Assembly: GCA_004195515.1 (NCBI GenBank)
Contig: PSPR01000015.1
Location: 13,609-77,608 of the forward strand
DNA from: Methanobacteriota archaeon
GTDB taxonomy: Archaea > Thermoplasmatota > Poseidoniia > Poseidoniales > Poseidoniaceae
DNA: 64,000 bases
Direction of reading: 5' to 3'
The translations under genes and the position numbers were made by a program. This document shows, one piece after another, positions 17,727 through 27,859 of the stretch. Numbering within the stretch: position 1 is the stretch's first letter; every line of letters begins with the position of its first letter. Under the pieces are notes generated by a model that was not told where the DNA came from, made no database searches, and was given only the letters and a program-made list of their open reading frames with translations.

Positions 17727-17747
17727 GATTTATCAGGTGTTAGACCA

Positions 17748-18722
17748 ATGGGTAAAAATCGTGATCATTGGGATGACGAGTTGACTAAAGATACCCGCCA
17801 ACGTCGTAATAATCGCCGTCGAAAAACCTTCGATGCTGACCAAAGTCAGCAGCGGGATGAAACCGAAAAATTCGTCAAGAGTTTAGACCGCCGTGGCGGT
17901 GATCTCGATTGGATGAAAGAATCGAGATACAAGAAAATGTTCAGTAAGATTGAGCATGGTCTTGCCGGAGTGATGGGTGATGGGCCGTTCGAGTGGGTCG
18001 ATCGGCGAGTTTTCGATTCGGTTTTTGACCGACTCGCGCTGATGAGCCTGTACAAATTGATGAATTTGGGCCATATCGATACCTTGGATTATCCAATCGC
18101 TCGAGGCAAAGAAGCTCACGTTTTCCATGGGACCTCATTGGTCGGACCGGTTGCTGTGAAGATTTTCCATACATCCAATGCAGTATTCAAGAATCTGCTT
18201 CAATATATCGAAGGTGACCCTCGATTCGGGGGCTTGAGGAGAAAACATCGAGATCTGGTTGATATTTGGGTTCGAAAAGAATTCCGAAACCTATCTAGAT
18301 TGGCTAAATGGGGTCTGAATGTGCCAAAGCCTCTCGCTGTGAACAAGAATGTCCTCGTCATGGAATATATTGGGACTAGAGAATCCCCGGCTCCTAGATT
18401 ACGAGATATTAAAATTCTCAATCCAGAAGCAGTCTACGCTAATTTACTCGAGTTCTTAGCCGTATCTTGGCAAAAAGCAAAATTGGTTCATGCCGATTTC
18501 TCACCATATAATATTTTGTGGCACGACGATTTGCCGGTGGTCATCGATGTTGGCCAAGCAGTTATCTCTCAACATCCGAAAGCACAGGAGTTTTTGGTGC
18601 GTGACGTCACGAGATTGGTCGAATGGGCCAATAAAAACGCGGTCGAAATCACTTTGGCAGAAGCGATGTACGAAGTGCTTGAAATGGACCTCTCACATAT
18701 TGAAATGCTTGAGGAAGAGTGA
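17748..18722 (+). CDS. rio1: RIO-type serine/threonine protein kinase (Rio1)
   Basis: 'I.RGKEA.VF', 'AVKI...S...FK', 'W..KEF.NL.R', 'LVMEYIG', 'LVHADFS.YNIL', 'IDVGQAV' RIO motifs. Confidence 0.9.
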   Translation: MGKNRDHWDDELTKDTRQRRNNRRRKTFDADQSQQRDETEKFVKSLDRRGGDLDWMKESRYKKMFSKIEHGLAGVMGDGPFEWVDRRVFDSVFDRLALMSLYKLMNLGHIDTLDYPIARGKEAHVFHGTSLVGPVAVKIFHTSNAVFKNLLQYIEGDPRFGGLRRKHRDLVDIWVRKEFRNLSRLAKWGLNVPKPLAVNKNVLVMEYIGTRESPAPRLRDIKILNPEAVYANLLEFLAVSWQKAKLVHADFSPYNILWHDDLPVVIDVGQAVISQHPKAQEFLVRDVTRLVEWANKNAVEITLAEAMYEVLEMDLSHIEMLEEE

Positions 18723-18773
18723 ACCACAGCCCAACGGTGGGGTTGAAGAAGGGTTGGCCGCCCGCCTTGGTTT

Positions 18774-19517
18774 ATGCGTCAGTCGCTTCCACGGGTTCCA
18801 AAGGACCGAATCGCGGTCTTGATCGGGGCAAAAGGTGCTACTCGACGCGATTTGCAAACTGCTGCTGGCTGTAAGTACATCAATATCGATTCCGAATCCG
18901 GTGACCTCGAGGTAACTTGGGGGGAGCCTGGTTCTTACGACCCGGTGAAGGCATTCAAACTCCCAGACGTCATCAAGGCGATAGGTCGTGGAATGTCTCC
19001 TACAAAAGCGATTCAATTATTGCAAGATGAATGGTTTTTCGAAATTGTTGATCTCAAAGAACATGTTGGAAAGCGCTCTAATCAGCAACGCAGAATAAGG
19101 GCTAGAATCATCGGTTCGGAAGGAAAAATCCGAAAATTGATAGAAGAACACACCAGCACCGAAATCACGATTTACAAATCGACAGTCGTATTGGTCGGCG
19201 AAGGCAGCGGTTTGATGGCTGCACGAAATGCGATCGAAATGCTTGCAACTGGATCCGAGCATGGAACCGTCATCAAGTATTTGGAAAAGGCTCGACGCAA
19301 GGCAAGATTAGATAATCGAACCCTCGATTCAATCGAAGAAAAAGTTAACGAGACCCCGAGTGGTGAATTTTCGAATTTAGTGCCTGGATTAGCAGAATTA
19401 TCCCGCAGAAGATCTCGTCGTCTCAAGGCACATCAAGTAGATCCAAGCGATGCTGATGCGGTTGAAGAAATGATGGAATTCACCGAGGATGAGTCGATTA
19501 TTTGGGAGGAGGAGTGA
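18774..19517 (+). CDS. Tandem KH-domain RNA-binding protein (archaeal Dim2/Pno1-like)
   Basis: Two GxxG KH loops (LIGAKGATRR, IIGSEGKIRK). Conserved archaeal neighbourhood aIF1A-Rio1-KH. Confidence 0.75.
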   Translation: MRQSLPRVPKDRIAVLIGAKGATRRDLQTAAGCKYINIDSESGDLEVTWGEPGSYDPVKAFKLPDVIKAIGRGMSPTKAIQLLQDEWFFEIVDLKEHVGKRSNQQRRIRARIIGSEGKIRKLIEEHTSTEITIYKSTVVLVGEGSGLMAARNAIEMLATGSEHGTVIKYLEKARRKARLDNRTLDSIEEKVNETPSGEFSNLVPGLAELSRRRSRRLKAHQVDPSDADAVEEMMEFTEDESIIWEEE

Positions 19518-21324
19518 CCTTCCTCTTCTGCATCCAAGCGATTGCGAATCCAGCTACCATCAACGCTCCAATACTGGGGGCAAACGAAGGAACAACTCCT
19601 ACTCCTGTTACCGATGCACCTGTAACCACCAAATAATATTCATTATTTCCTTCATCTCTTTCATCTATCGTTTCATCTGAATCGATGGTTAAACGTAAAT
19701 CGAATTGGCCGGTATTAGGAATCGTATAATTCCAAATAATCTCTTCGCTCATGTCGGACATACTGCCACTAGGGAGAAGGATTGTTTCCATTACCGTCCA
19801 AGAAACATCTGCAGTTCGGTCAGCAGGTGCTGCTTCTAGACTCACTGATACCGTTCCACCCCACACTTGGTTAGACTCCAAAACGCTAGTTATGACAATT
19901 TTTCCATTGGTATCACCCGGCCGTGCAACCAATCGGTCGAGATTTGTTTGGCTCGCATTCCACGACATATCTATGCCCGGTAGGATTTGGAAGGCTGAAG
20001 GAATGGTGGTGACCGAATTACCTGCTACATCGGTAATAACCGCACGTAACATTAGGAATTGGCGTGATTTTGTTGCCCAAGAACTTAATCCGATTGAGCC
20101 GTTCAATCCGGATGTACCGATATCGATCCAACGACCGGATTGGTCCGGTGTATTTCCGACTCCATTCAAATCGAACCCATATTGAATTTTTGACTCTAAA
20201 TTATCGATGCCTGAGCCATCATCGCCTGCAGCGAATATTACGTTAGCAGACCCAACTCTCGAGGTGGTTAATTCGTCAACGGTCCAACCAAGTCCTTCTG
20301 GATCGGTCGTATCGACCTTAATATCGACCGAGATGGAATCTCCAATATTCCCAACGATGTCGACTGGTCTCATCAGAATTGAATGCTCCCCTTCGGTCAA
20401 GTTTAGGGTGGTTGAATCCGAGTTGAAAGATGCCCAAACCCCATCGATTTTTATCTCGACATGAGAGCCGCCCGAGCCGGTACTATCATCGATGGAATTA
20501 TCGAGGTTAGAGATGACTACAGCGGTTGAATCGGTCCAACTCGATCCATCTCCAATCGTTGGCGCAGTCATTGTCGGGGCAGTACGGTCGATGCCGATGA
20601 ACATCGTATCGATTGCACTCAATCCAGAGTTATCATAAACCGTCAACCTTGTATTATATGTGCCCTCTGCTAGGTTTCCACTCGCCCAATCCCAACCGTA
20701 AGCAAGATTGGAGGGCCCATCGTTAATCGGGCTCGAAGGCCCTGGGGCATTGGTTAGAGTTGCATATGAAAAGTCATCATCATCTACGGTATAATCAAAC
20801 TCTAGAGTTCCGTTTGCTTCGATTGAAAACCATTTCCTATCGATTGCATTTTCACCTGAGCCTGCCCCCGAATTTTCAAGTGTGAAAGTTGATATTATCG
20901 GGTTATGGTTAGCGATGTCAAAGAATCCGCTGCTAAACCAAGCAGTATTATTTGAAACATCGTCATCATAAGCGTTAACCCGTAAGTTCCAACTGCCATT
21001 CTCAAATGATGTCGAATCGAAATAAGTAATCCACGGGGTCGAACTTAGGTTTGCGATTTGGGTCCAATTGGAGTCATCATTGGAGATTTCTATTACCATT
21101 GATGATAAATTTCCAGTTCCGCTTGAACCGATCGAAAGCGTGTACAGCCCTTTGACCGTATCGTTTGCTTGAGGGCCATTGGAAAAGTCAAGAGAAAGAG
21201 CGCTCGGTGCGCTCTTTACAAGACTGGGTTCGACTAGAAAAGACGGGTTGGTCTGGCCGATAGTCATGATGACTACCAACAGGATTGGCCCGAGTACCCG
21301 CCTCATCAATGAGGATGACGACAT
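19498..21324 (-). CDS. Secreted, C-terminally anchored surface protein with Ig-like and CARDB domains
   Basis: Signal-like N-terminus (MRRVLGPILLVVIMTIGQ). 'DRTAPT' and 'VDTTDPEG' Ig-like domain boundaries. CARDB-like 'IDERDEGNNEYYLVV'. C-terminal TM 'IGALMVAGFAIAW' then basic tail. Confidence 0.7.
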   Translation of the reverse strand: MSSSSLMRRVLGPILLVVIMTIGQTNPSFLVEPSLVKSAPSALSLDFSNGPQANDTVKGLYTLSIGSSGTGNLSSMVIEISNDDSNWTQIANLSSTPWITYFDSTSFENGSWNLRVNAYDDDVSNNTAWFSSGFFDIANHNPIISTFTLENSGAGSGENAIDRKWFSIEANGTLEFDYTVDDDDFSYATLTNAPGPSSPINDGPSNLAYGWDWASGNLAEGTYNTRLTVYDNSGLSAIDTMFIGIDRTAPTMTAPTIGDGSSWTDSTAVVISNLDNSIDDSTGSGGSHVEIKIDGVWASFNSDSTTLNLTEGEHSILMRPVDIVGNIGDSISVDIKVDTTDPEGLGWTVDELTTSRVGSANVIFAAGDDGSGIDNLESKIQYGFDLNGVGNTPDQSGRWIDIGTSGLNGSIGLSSWATKSRQFLMLRAVITDVAGNSVTTIPSAFQILPGIDMSWNASQTNLDRLVARPGDTNGKIVITSVLESNQVWGGTVSVSLEAAPADRTADVSWTVMETILLPSGSMSDMSEEIIWNYTIPNTGQFDLRLTIDSDETIDERDEGNNEYYLVVTGASVTGVGVVPSFAPSIGALMVAGFAIAWMQKRKVTPPPK

Positions 21325-21448
21325 AACTCATCCTTCAAACCTGCGCTTTCAATCGCCATGTTCGCATCGATTGTTAAGCGATGTTTTCGCTACGAAAACC
21401 ACAAGTGTATTCGATTGGTTCAAGTGCAAGGGGTTGCCTCTTGTAATC

Positions 21449-24217
21449 ATGGCGAAGTCGTCCGGTGCGGTTCTGGTTCTTTCCATGCTGCTATTATCCT
21501 CAATTCCGATGTTGGTTTCTGCGGAAGATAGCGGTGGCATCCAAGCATCGACTGGGACTTTAGGCTTCTCACCATCAAATCCAACCGAAGGTGGTACAGT
21601 CAATATCATCCTAACTTTGAGCAATACCAATTCTCAAGTTGCTAACGATGTAATATACAGTTTTTATTGGGATGGGATCGCTTCAAATAAACGAATTGTG
21701 ACCGATACAGTCGATATTCCTGCTAATAATTTTACCACTATTGAGGTGACTAAGTCCGGCTTAACAGTTGGCGAGCATAAGGTTTGGATCGAATTTGAAT
21801 ATGCTGGCGCAGGAGCGCAGATTTTCTTTGTTGATTTAATCGTAGCAGGTTTACCTGACCTCGAAATTGAACAAGTTCTTACCAACCCGTCGAGTTTTAA
21901 TTCGGGTGATAATGTTGAAGTTTTACTCGAAATTGTAAACTCCGGATCCGAAGACGCGGCATCAAGCCGTCTTCAACTCCAAGTATCAGGCGATAGTTCG
22001 ATCATAGATACACCAGCAATTCCAGCGGGTCAAAGCACTTGGGTTAACCAAACAATTACCGCTCCTGCCTCCGGTGATCATCAAATCCAAATTACTCTTG
22101 ATATCGATGATGCAGTAATTGAAGCTGATGAAAACAATGTTTTCTCGGATTCGTTAACCGTAGATTCTCGAATGGATTTATCTCATCTAGGAAATATTAG
22201 TGTTGATATTGATTCAGGTGTGCTTGCTGGACCATGGACTGTGTTCGGTACGCTGCTAAGAACTGGTGGAGACGGCAATACCGAAGTGCCGATGAAACTT
22301 GAAATTCTTGATAGTACCGGCAGCCTGATCGTCATTCCTACTTTCACAGTAAATATGGCGGGTGGTTCAAGAGTTCAAACAGATTGGCAATTCGAGCTCA
22401 CCAGTCAACACATTTCCAATCTAATCGTTGGAAGTCATGAAGTTACTGCCGCGATAGACCCTTATCATACTGCATCATTTACTCAGGAAACTAGAGACAA
22501 TGACCGGATCAGCACATTCTTTGACAAATTCGCAGTACCAGACGTGGCCGTTGATCCTTTCGCATATCCTTCACTTACTAGTGTCGGAAGCGGGGGCAAT
22601 ATAGAGTGGACCGTCTCAATGACCAATACCGGTTCGATTTCGGTACAAGGTAAATTGCTCTATGATTGGGAAGGCTTTAGTGCTGACGAATCGACTGAAC
22701 CATTGATTTCGATCGCAGCAGGCCAAACCCACGTCTGGAAAAAAATCATGCCTTCTGCTACCGGTGCTCACACCGCTCAATTCGATGCACGCTGGGTCCC
22801 TTCGGCTAATTCTTACGATGATAACTTGTTGAATTCAAATACGAGCGGTTCGGTCTCAGTCACTGCCCAACTGCGATTGAATTGGCAATTTTCAACTTTT
22901 GTTTTGGAGGATGAATTTGGAAGTGCGGTTACATTTCCACTCAAGGACGAACAAAGCTATACCGCTCATATCAACCTCAGTTCCACCGAGACCGGGGAAC
23001 TGAATTTCACTTGTGAGGATGGACAAGGAATCGTTTGGTCAAAAACAAAAGTCGTAGTTTCCGAGTTATTCCAAACTATAAGTTTGAGCTGCCAATTCAA
23101 TGCGAGTGCTCCTCGAACAAACCTTAAATTCATCCCCGATGATTCGGTCGTTGTCAATACTCAAACTTGGACTTGGGATACCAGCTATAAACCAGGCGAT
23201 ATCGTCGAAGATAAATCCGGCGTGGTAATTGGGACCATCATTATCATTGGATTATTGGCGTTTGGCTTGATAGGAATTCTAATCGCTGCCATCATACTGA
23301 CTAGAAAGAGCGATGAAGAGGTCGAACGAGATATTTTCGATTATTGTCCTGCGTGTGATGGTGAATTGGAAGACCAAGTCGATCGATGCCCATCTTGTTC
23401 ATTCAATCTTAAAAAGGCGAGGAAGCAATTTCATGATTGCGATGTTTGTCACGAATCTATCCCAGACTTGATGTCGAATTGTCCATATTGTGGTACCCCG
23501 CAAGATGTAAGTGCTTATTTCGAACAAAGAGAGCGTAAAAAGGTTATCAAACCTATTTTGGCTTTACCAGAAGAGGAGGTCGATGACGAAACTACCCATG
23601 CTGCTGGAACCGAAAATTTCGATGAAGCAGTCAAAGAGTTTGGCTATGATGCTGATGACTTAGAAGGACATTGGGACAAGAATATCGCAGCTGCAAAAGC
23701 CGAGGTTGAAGCTGCTTACGATCGAAAGACAGATGAGATTGAAGCCAGTAAACTCGATGATGAAACTGCAATGCAAATCGTCACCACGAATCTGAAGAGT
23801 GCAGAAGAAACCTTCGATAGTCACGATATCGACGCTTTCTTGTCTGAGAAAGATGAGATAATATCTCACAAAGACAAGGGCGATGATGGCAAGATATTGA
23901 GTGCTTCCGATGCCTCGATTCGAGGCGATATCTTTGCGATAACAGGCGAGGATGGCGTAATGCCTGGTGATGATGTAAAGGTTGGTTTTTCAGTAGATCG
24001 ATCTATCGTTGGAAATGAATTACCCGAAGAAGCGATGGATTTCTCCTTCGATGAAGAAGAAGAGATCGATGAATTAACACCGGTAAAACTCGAGAAAAAG
24101 CGTGCCCAAAGACGCAAGGCTCGAAGAAAAGAAGCGACAGCAGAATGTGGTGCATGTGGTGCTGATATTCCGGTTAACGCAAACGAATGCTCTACATGCG
24201 GTGCAAAATTTGATTGA
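21449..24217 (+). CDS. Type I membrane surface protein: signal peptide, CARDB-like domain array, one TM, about 300-aa acidic cytoplasmic tail with three zinc-ribbon motifs
   Basis: ATG 21449 gives 'MAKSSGAVLVLSMLLLSSIPMLVSAEDSGG'; the track start at 21179 overlaps the divergent gene. 'EADENNVFSDSLTV' CARDB ends. TM 'VVIGTIIIIGLLAFGLIGILIAAIILT'. CPACDG..CPSC, CDVC..CPYCG, CGACG..CSTCG. Confidence 0.7.
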   Translation: MAKSSGAVLVLSMLLLSSIPMLVSAEDSGGIQASTGTLGFSPSNPTEGGTVNIILTLSNTNSQVANDVIYSFYWDGIASNKRIVTDTVDIPANNFTTIEVTKSGLTVGEHKVWIEFEYAGAGAQIFFVDLIVAGLPDLEIEQVLTNPSSFNSGDNVEVLLEIVNSGSEDAASSRLQLQVSGDSSIIDTPAIPAGQSTWVNQTITAPASGDHQIQITLDIDDAVIEADENNVFSDSLTVDSRMDLSHLGNISVDIDSGVLAGPWTVFGTLLRTGGDGNTEVPMKLEILDSTGSLIVIPTFTVNMAGGSRVQTDWQFELTSQHISNLIVGSHEVTAAIDPYHTASFTQETRDNDRISTFFDKFAVPDVAVDPFAYPSLTSVGSGGNIEWTVSMTNTGSISVQGKLLYDWEGFSADESTEPLISIAAGQTHVWKKIMPSATGAHTAQFDARWVPSANSYDDNLLNSNTSGSVSVTAQLRLNWQFSTFVLEDEFGSAVTFPLKDEQSYTAHINLSSTETGELNFTCEDGQGIVWSKTKVVVSELFQTISLSCQFNASAPRTNLKFIPDDSVVVNTQTWTWDTSYKPGDIVEDKSGVVIGTIIIIGLLAFGLIGILIAAIILTRKSDEEVERDIFDYCPACDGELEDQVDRCPSCSFNLKKARKQFHDCDVCHESIPDLMSNCPYCGTPQDVSAYFEQRERKKVIKPILALPEEEVDDETTHAAGTENFDEAVKEFGYDADDLEGHWDKNIAAAKAEVEAAYDRKTDEIEASKLDDETAMQIVTTNLKSAEETFDSHDIDAFLSEKDEIISHKDKGDDGKILSASDASIRGDIFAITGEDGVMPGDDVKVGFSVDRSIVGNELPEEAMDFSFDEEEEIDELTPVKLEKKRAQRRKARRKEATAECGACGADIPVNANECSTCGAKFD

Positions 24218-24342
24218 TGCCTGTCGGTGCTCACAGGGTTCGTCATTGCCCATTAGATGGGCTCGGCATCCCTTGTCTACTTCACTCAGGCAGATTAAGC
24301 CAAGAGGGGCATGGTTGATGAACTCATCACACCTGCGAAGGG

Positions 24343-24900
24343 GTGATGGGTAGTCGCAAGGCCTTCCAAGCATTCCTGATCCTAGGCATTTTATTGATGT
24401 CGAGCGCAGGTTGTATCGGCCTTGTTCCAGCCCGTGAATTCGTTGAACAGATGAGGCCCCAAGCAGAACTTGTGATTGAATCAGAACACTTTGGTGAGAC
24501 CTATATTTTTCCCTCTGGCTGGAGTTTGAATGAGAGAATTAGCAGCTGGGATATCGTGATCGATTCAGATGTAGTCGAGGTACGTGCTTATTTCAAAGCA
24601 TCATTCGCTCTAGCCGATTCTCTTCCATTCGTACCTGAAGGTGCTCGATATGTCGAAGCAACTCTCTCGGATACAGAAGGAAATATAGTCTGGACCGAGA
24701 AGTTAACGGTCACCCAAACCGCTTTCGTTTTCACCGAATTACCTCCTTTCGAACAAGGGACTTGGAATCTCTACCTCTCCGGGAGAGGATTTGGAAACCC
24801 ACTTGCCGCTGGAATCGCTTCCGATTCATATCAGATAATGATTAGTGTCGATCGAAATTGCTGGAATTACCCAATTGAAGGTAATTGTGATATCGAGTGA
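24343..24900 (+). CDS. Putative lipoprotein / small secreted protein, function unknown
   Basis: Signal peptide with lipobox-like 'LLMSSAGC'. No recognisable domain. Confidence 0.5.
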   Translation: MMGSRKAFQAFLILGILLMSSAGCIGLVPAREFVEQMRPQAELVIESEHFGETYIFPSGWSLNERISSWDIVIDSDVVEVRAYFKASFALADSLPFVPEGARYVEATLSDTEGNIVWTEKLTVTQTAFVFTELPPFEQGTWNLYLSGRGFGNPLAAGIASDSYQIMISVDRNCWNYPIEGNCDIE

Positions 24901-26142
24901 TCAAACCAAACTTTGGTCACAAGCATAACGTCTGGAACAAGATTGACACTTTCCCTTGCGATTGTGATTCCTGCCTGCTCCACCTTCAACCATCAAGCGT
25001 TGAACCTCTTTTGTCGAAGCGGATAAGCGTGATCGGTTCGCAGAATCCCATTGAATCTGATGTAATTTCTCTTCTCCGTATCGTAAAACTCCGTACGGCG
25101 GGGTTCTGCCTGTGGTTTTCTCAACCAAATGAAGATATGCGAGCAATTGAATTTCGTGTGATTTGTGCGGTTTTGAAGGCACCTTACCAGTCTTTTGTTC
25201 AACTGGAATGAATTCACCATCGACGATTACGATTTGATCTGGCCGACCTCGCAAACCGGTATCTTCATCAAAGAGCAATCCTGCTGTAGCATCATCGTCA
25301 GAATAGGCTACATCGACGTCCTCCTCAATCCCCGCATCCATTCGGGCCAAGTCCATCGCATTATCCGCTAGGAGGGTTTTTTGTAATTGCCATGAGGCGA
25401 TCAATGTCCATAACATCGCCATCATGATGAGAATGAATCCGGCTTGATTTTTATCCCCAGCCCAAGTTAATCCAATCGCATGTAGGCCAAAAATGATGGC
25501 GCCAAATAGCAAACTTGCTTCGATCCTACCACCTTCTGCCCAGCCACCGATGAAACCGACTGGCTGGAGGACCGGCTCGATGGTGAATCCCCCCAGGTTT
25601 TCGATCTCTTTCAACCTCGACTGTTTCTCAGTTGGCATTTTAATCCATGATCTCCATGGTAAGTAAACCGAGAGCAGACCCATGAGCAACCAAATTAGGG
25701 CTAACAAAGCAAGATATTTTGCAACGTCCACCGGTGGTCGAATTTCATCATCTATAGTAGAAAAAATTAGGGCATCGGCAATGAACACAAAAATGATGTT
25801 AAACAACCATGACCATATGACGGCCGCACGGTGTAATTCGAATTGCCGCTCTTTGAATTCCTTGATTTTTTGATGGATCTCTGCGTGTTTTTCCCGTCCG
25901 GCAATAACCGCGTCACCGATGCCGGATTTTCCAGATCGTGCTAATTGCCAAGAAAGTGGGCAATATGCGTGCCGTTCAAGGTCGCTGGCAGAAACATGTA
26001 GTGCTTCCTCTCTATCATTCCGCCAAACCCCATCGTCGGATTCTAATCCGGGAATGAGTTTTACTAGATTTTGAGAAGGCATCGGGGTCACAGGCGGGCG
26101 GGTACCCCAAGCCTGTGGAGCATTGGAATTGAAGGTTGTCAT
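24901..26142 (-). CDS. Cas4/RecB-like PD-(D/E)xK nuclease (DUF83-type, 4-Cys Fe-S motif) interrupted by an insert of four predicted TM helices
   Basis: N-terminal 'SASDLERHAYCPLSWQL'. 'RPDQIVIV', 'VEQKTGK' (D..ExK), 'IQLLAYLHL' (QxxxY). C-terminal 'CQSCSRRYAC' (CxxCx5C). Hydrophobic helices at aa 106-129, 142-161, 209-227, 235-253. Confidence 0.65.
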   Translation of the reverse strand: MTTFNSNAPQAWGTRPPVTPMPSQNLVKLIPGLESDDGVWRNDREEALHVSASDLERHAYCPLSWQLARSGKSGIGDAVIAGREKHAEIHQKIKEFKERQFELHRAAVIWSWLFNIIFVFIADALIFSTIDDEIRPPVDVAKYLALLALIWLLMGLLSVYLPWRSWIKMPTEKQSRLKEIENLGGFTIEPVLQPVGFIGGWAEGGRIEASLLFGAIIFGLHAIGLTWAGDKNQAGFILIMMAMLWTLIASWQLQKTLLADNAMDLARMDAGIEEDVDVAYSDDDATAGLLFDEDTGLRGRPDQIVIVDGEFIPVEQKTGKVPSKPHKSHEIQLLAYLHLVEKTTGRTPPYGVLRYGEEKLHQIQWDSANRSRLSASTKEVQRLMVEGGAGRNHNRKGKCQSCSRRYACDQSLV

Positions 26143-26251
26143 CTTGGCCTTTTGTTCACTGAATGGACCGCTGCGAGGTTATTGGTTCATTTTCGATGGA
26201 CGAAGCGGTTATTTAGGGGGGGCTTGTGGCCCGCTCGTTGAGGTCGATATT

Positions 26252-26851
26252 ATGACAGAACTTCTCGTAGACCGTGAGACCTATGAAACCAATGCCGTTC
26301 ATATCGGTACTCAACAAAAGAGTGCTGACATGGGGCAATTTATCCAAGAGGTCCGTGCTGATGGACTTTACCTATTGGATCTAGAAATAACCGATGCTCG
26401 CATCCGTTCTATCGCTAATTTCCTAAACCGCTACGACCGCTCCAATATCATGGTGGTCAGCGCTCGTCAATACGGACAACGCCCTGCTCGCAAATTTGCA
26501 GAAGCAATCGGTGCTCGTGCAGCTGTTGGCCGCTTCATCCCTGGAAGCTTAACCAATCCAGACCTTCGCTCCTATGTCGAGCCAGACATGCTTTTCGTAA
26601 CCGACCCTGCTGCAGACCAGCAGGCACTACGTGAAGCGGTTAGTACCGGACTTCCAATCGTCGGCATCTGTGATGCTAACAATAACTTGAGAAATGTTGA
26701 CCTCGCACTACCAGCAAATAACAAAGGTCGTCGTTCTCTTGCTCTCCTTTACTGGATTTTAGCTCGTGAGACCTTGAAAGTAAGTGGCGATACCACCGAT
26801 GAAGCATGGGCTGAGGCTCAAGACATCGAAGAGTGGGAATCGACCTTCTGA
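26252..26851 (+). CDS. rps2: 30S ribosomal protein uS2 (archaeal type)
   Basis: 'VHIGTQ.K...M..FI...RADGLY.LD', 'GRFIPGSLTNP', 'VTDP..D.QA..EA...G.P.VG.CD.NN....VD...P.NNKGR.SLALLYW.LARE'. ATG 26252 is preferred over the track start at 26123, which overlaps the divergent gene. Confidence 0.9.
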   Translation: MTELLVDRETYETNAVHIGTQQKSADMGQFIQEVRADGLYLLDLEITDARIRSIANFLNRYDRSNIMVVSARQYGQRPARKFAEAIGARAAVGRFIPGSLTNPDLRSYVEPDMLFVTDPAADQQALREAVSTGLPIVGICDANNNLRNVDLALPANNKGRRSLALLYWILARETLKVSGDTTDEAWAEAQDIEEWESTF

Positions 26852-27849
26852 GCGAAGAACTCGCTTATCGTATCTGCAAAGGCATCTATCGTCGCTGCAC
26901 CGTGCATCGATTGTCTAGTGGTTTTTGCGCCGGGTAGACCTTTTGTGAACGATACGGCATGTCGCTTGAGCCATTTTGGGCGTAAACCAGTAGTTTCCCT
27001 GGCCAATTCGAGGTATCGATCCCAAGCCCATCTTCGACTTGCGAATGCTTTACCAGTAGATGTTAAATCGAACCAATCCTCATCTACCCAAGGTAAATCT
27101 ATTTCTTCTATCCAACCTAATTGCGTTTTTATTTCAGCGAAAACCGTCGGTCGGCCGATGGCGGCTCGACCGATCATCAAACCGCTTGCAGAAGTGGTAT
27201 CCAAGCAACTTGCTGCAGAGGGCCCATCAACAATATCACCATTTGCGATTACTGGAATTTCCACAGAATCGACAATATTTCTGATGTAATTCCAATCTGC
27301 AATACCACTATATCTTTGATTCAAAGTCCTTCCATGGATACACAACCTTTGGACCCCAACCCGCTCAAGTTCTTGTGATATTTCCAATGCATTATATTGG
27401 CCGGAACCAGTACCCAACCGCATTTTTGCCGTAATAGGACTTTCGGTTTCATCGATAATTTTTGCGGTCATGCTCACCAAATCATCCGGTTGACCCATCA
27501 ATGCAGCACCTGCACAAATCCGGGTGACTTTTGGAGCAGGACAACCAAAATTGAGGTCGATAATGTCGGCTTTATCATCGAGCATTTGGGCTGCGAGAAT
27601 CATTTCGTCTTTATCTCCACCAAAAATTTGAGGGATGAAAGGGTTTTCATCAGGATGACTTTCTAAGCGCGTCCAAGATTTTGCAACCTCTCTAGTAATC
27701 GCAGCAGAGGAGGTAAATTCGGTAATCGTAATATCGGCACCACATTCTCTTGCCAATAAACGAAAGGGAAGTTCACTCACTCCGGCCATCGGTGCAAGAT
27801 ATAGCTCACGTGGTTCGCCATCCCACCGTTCCGATTTTACCTCGATCAT
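26818..27849 (-). CDS. dus: tRNA-dihydrouridine synthase (Dus family, FMN TIM barrel)
   Basis: 'LAPMAGV...PFR', 'DIIDLNFGCPAPKV', 'KMRLG', 'IHGRT..Q.Y.G.ADW' Dus motifs. ATG 27849 lies just after the upstream stop at 27860. Confidence 0.85.
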   Translation of the reverse strand: MIEVKSERWDGEPRELYLAPMAGVSELPFRLLARECGADITITEFTSSAAITREVAKSWTRLESHPDENPFIPQIFGGDKDEMILAAQMLDDKADIIDLNFGCPAPKVTRICAGAALMGQPDDLVSMTAKIIDETESPITAKMRLGTGSGQYNALEISQELERVGVQRLCIHGRTLNQRYSGIADWNYIRNIVDSVEIPVIANGDIVDGPSAASCLDTTSASGLMIGRAAIGRPTVFAEIKTQLGWIEEIDLPWVDEDWFDLTSTGKAFASRRWAWDRYLELARETTGLRPKWLKRHAVSFTKGLPGAKTTRQSMHGAATIDAFADTISEFFAQKVDSHSSMS

Positions 27850-27859
27850 CAAGATCCAC

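Noticed and set aside
21179-21448. The track ORF for the large surface protein starts at 21179, giving a 1012-aa product
   Set aside because: The first 90 codons overlap the 5' end of the divergent gene (19498..21324) and encode no signal peptide. The ATG at 21449 gives a textbook signal peptide (MAKSSGAVLVLSMLLLSSIPMLVSA).
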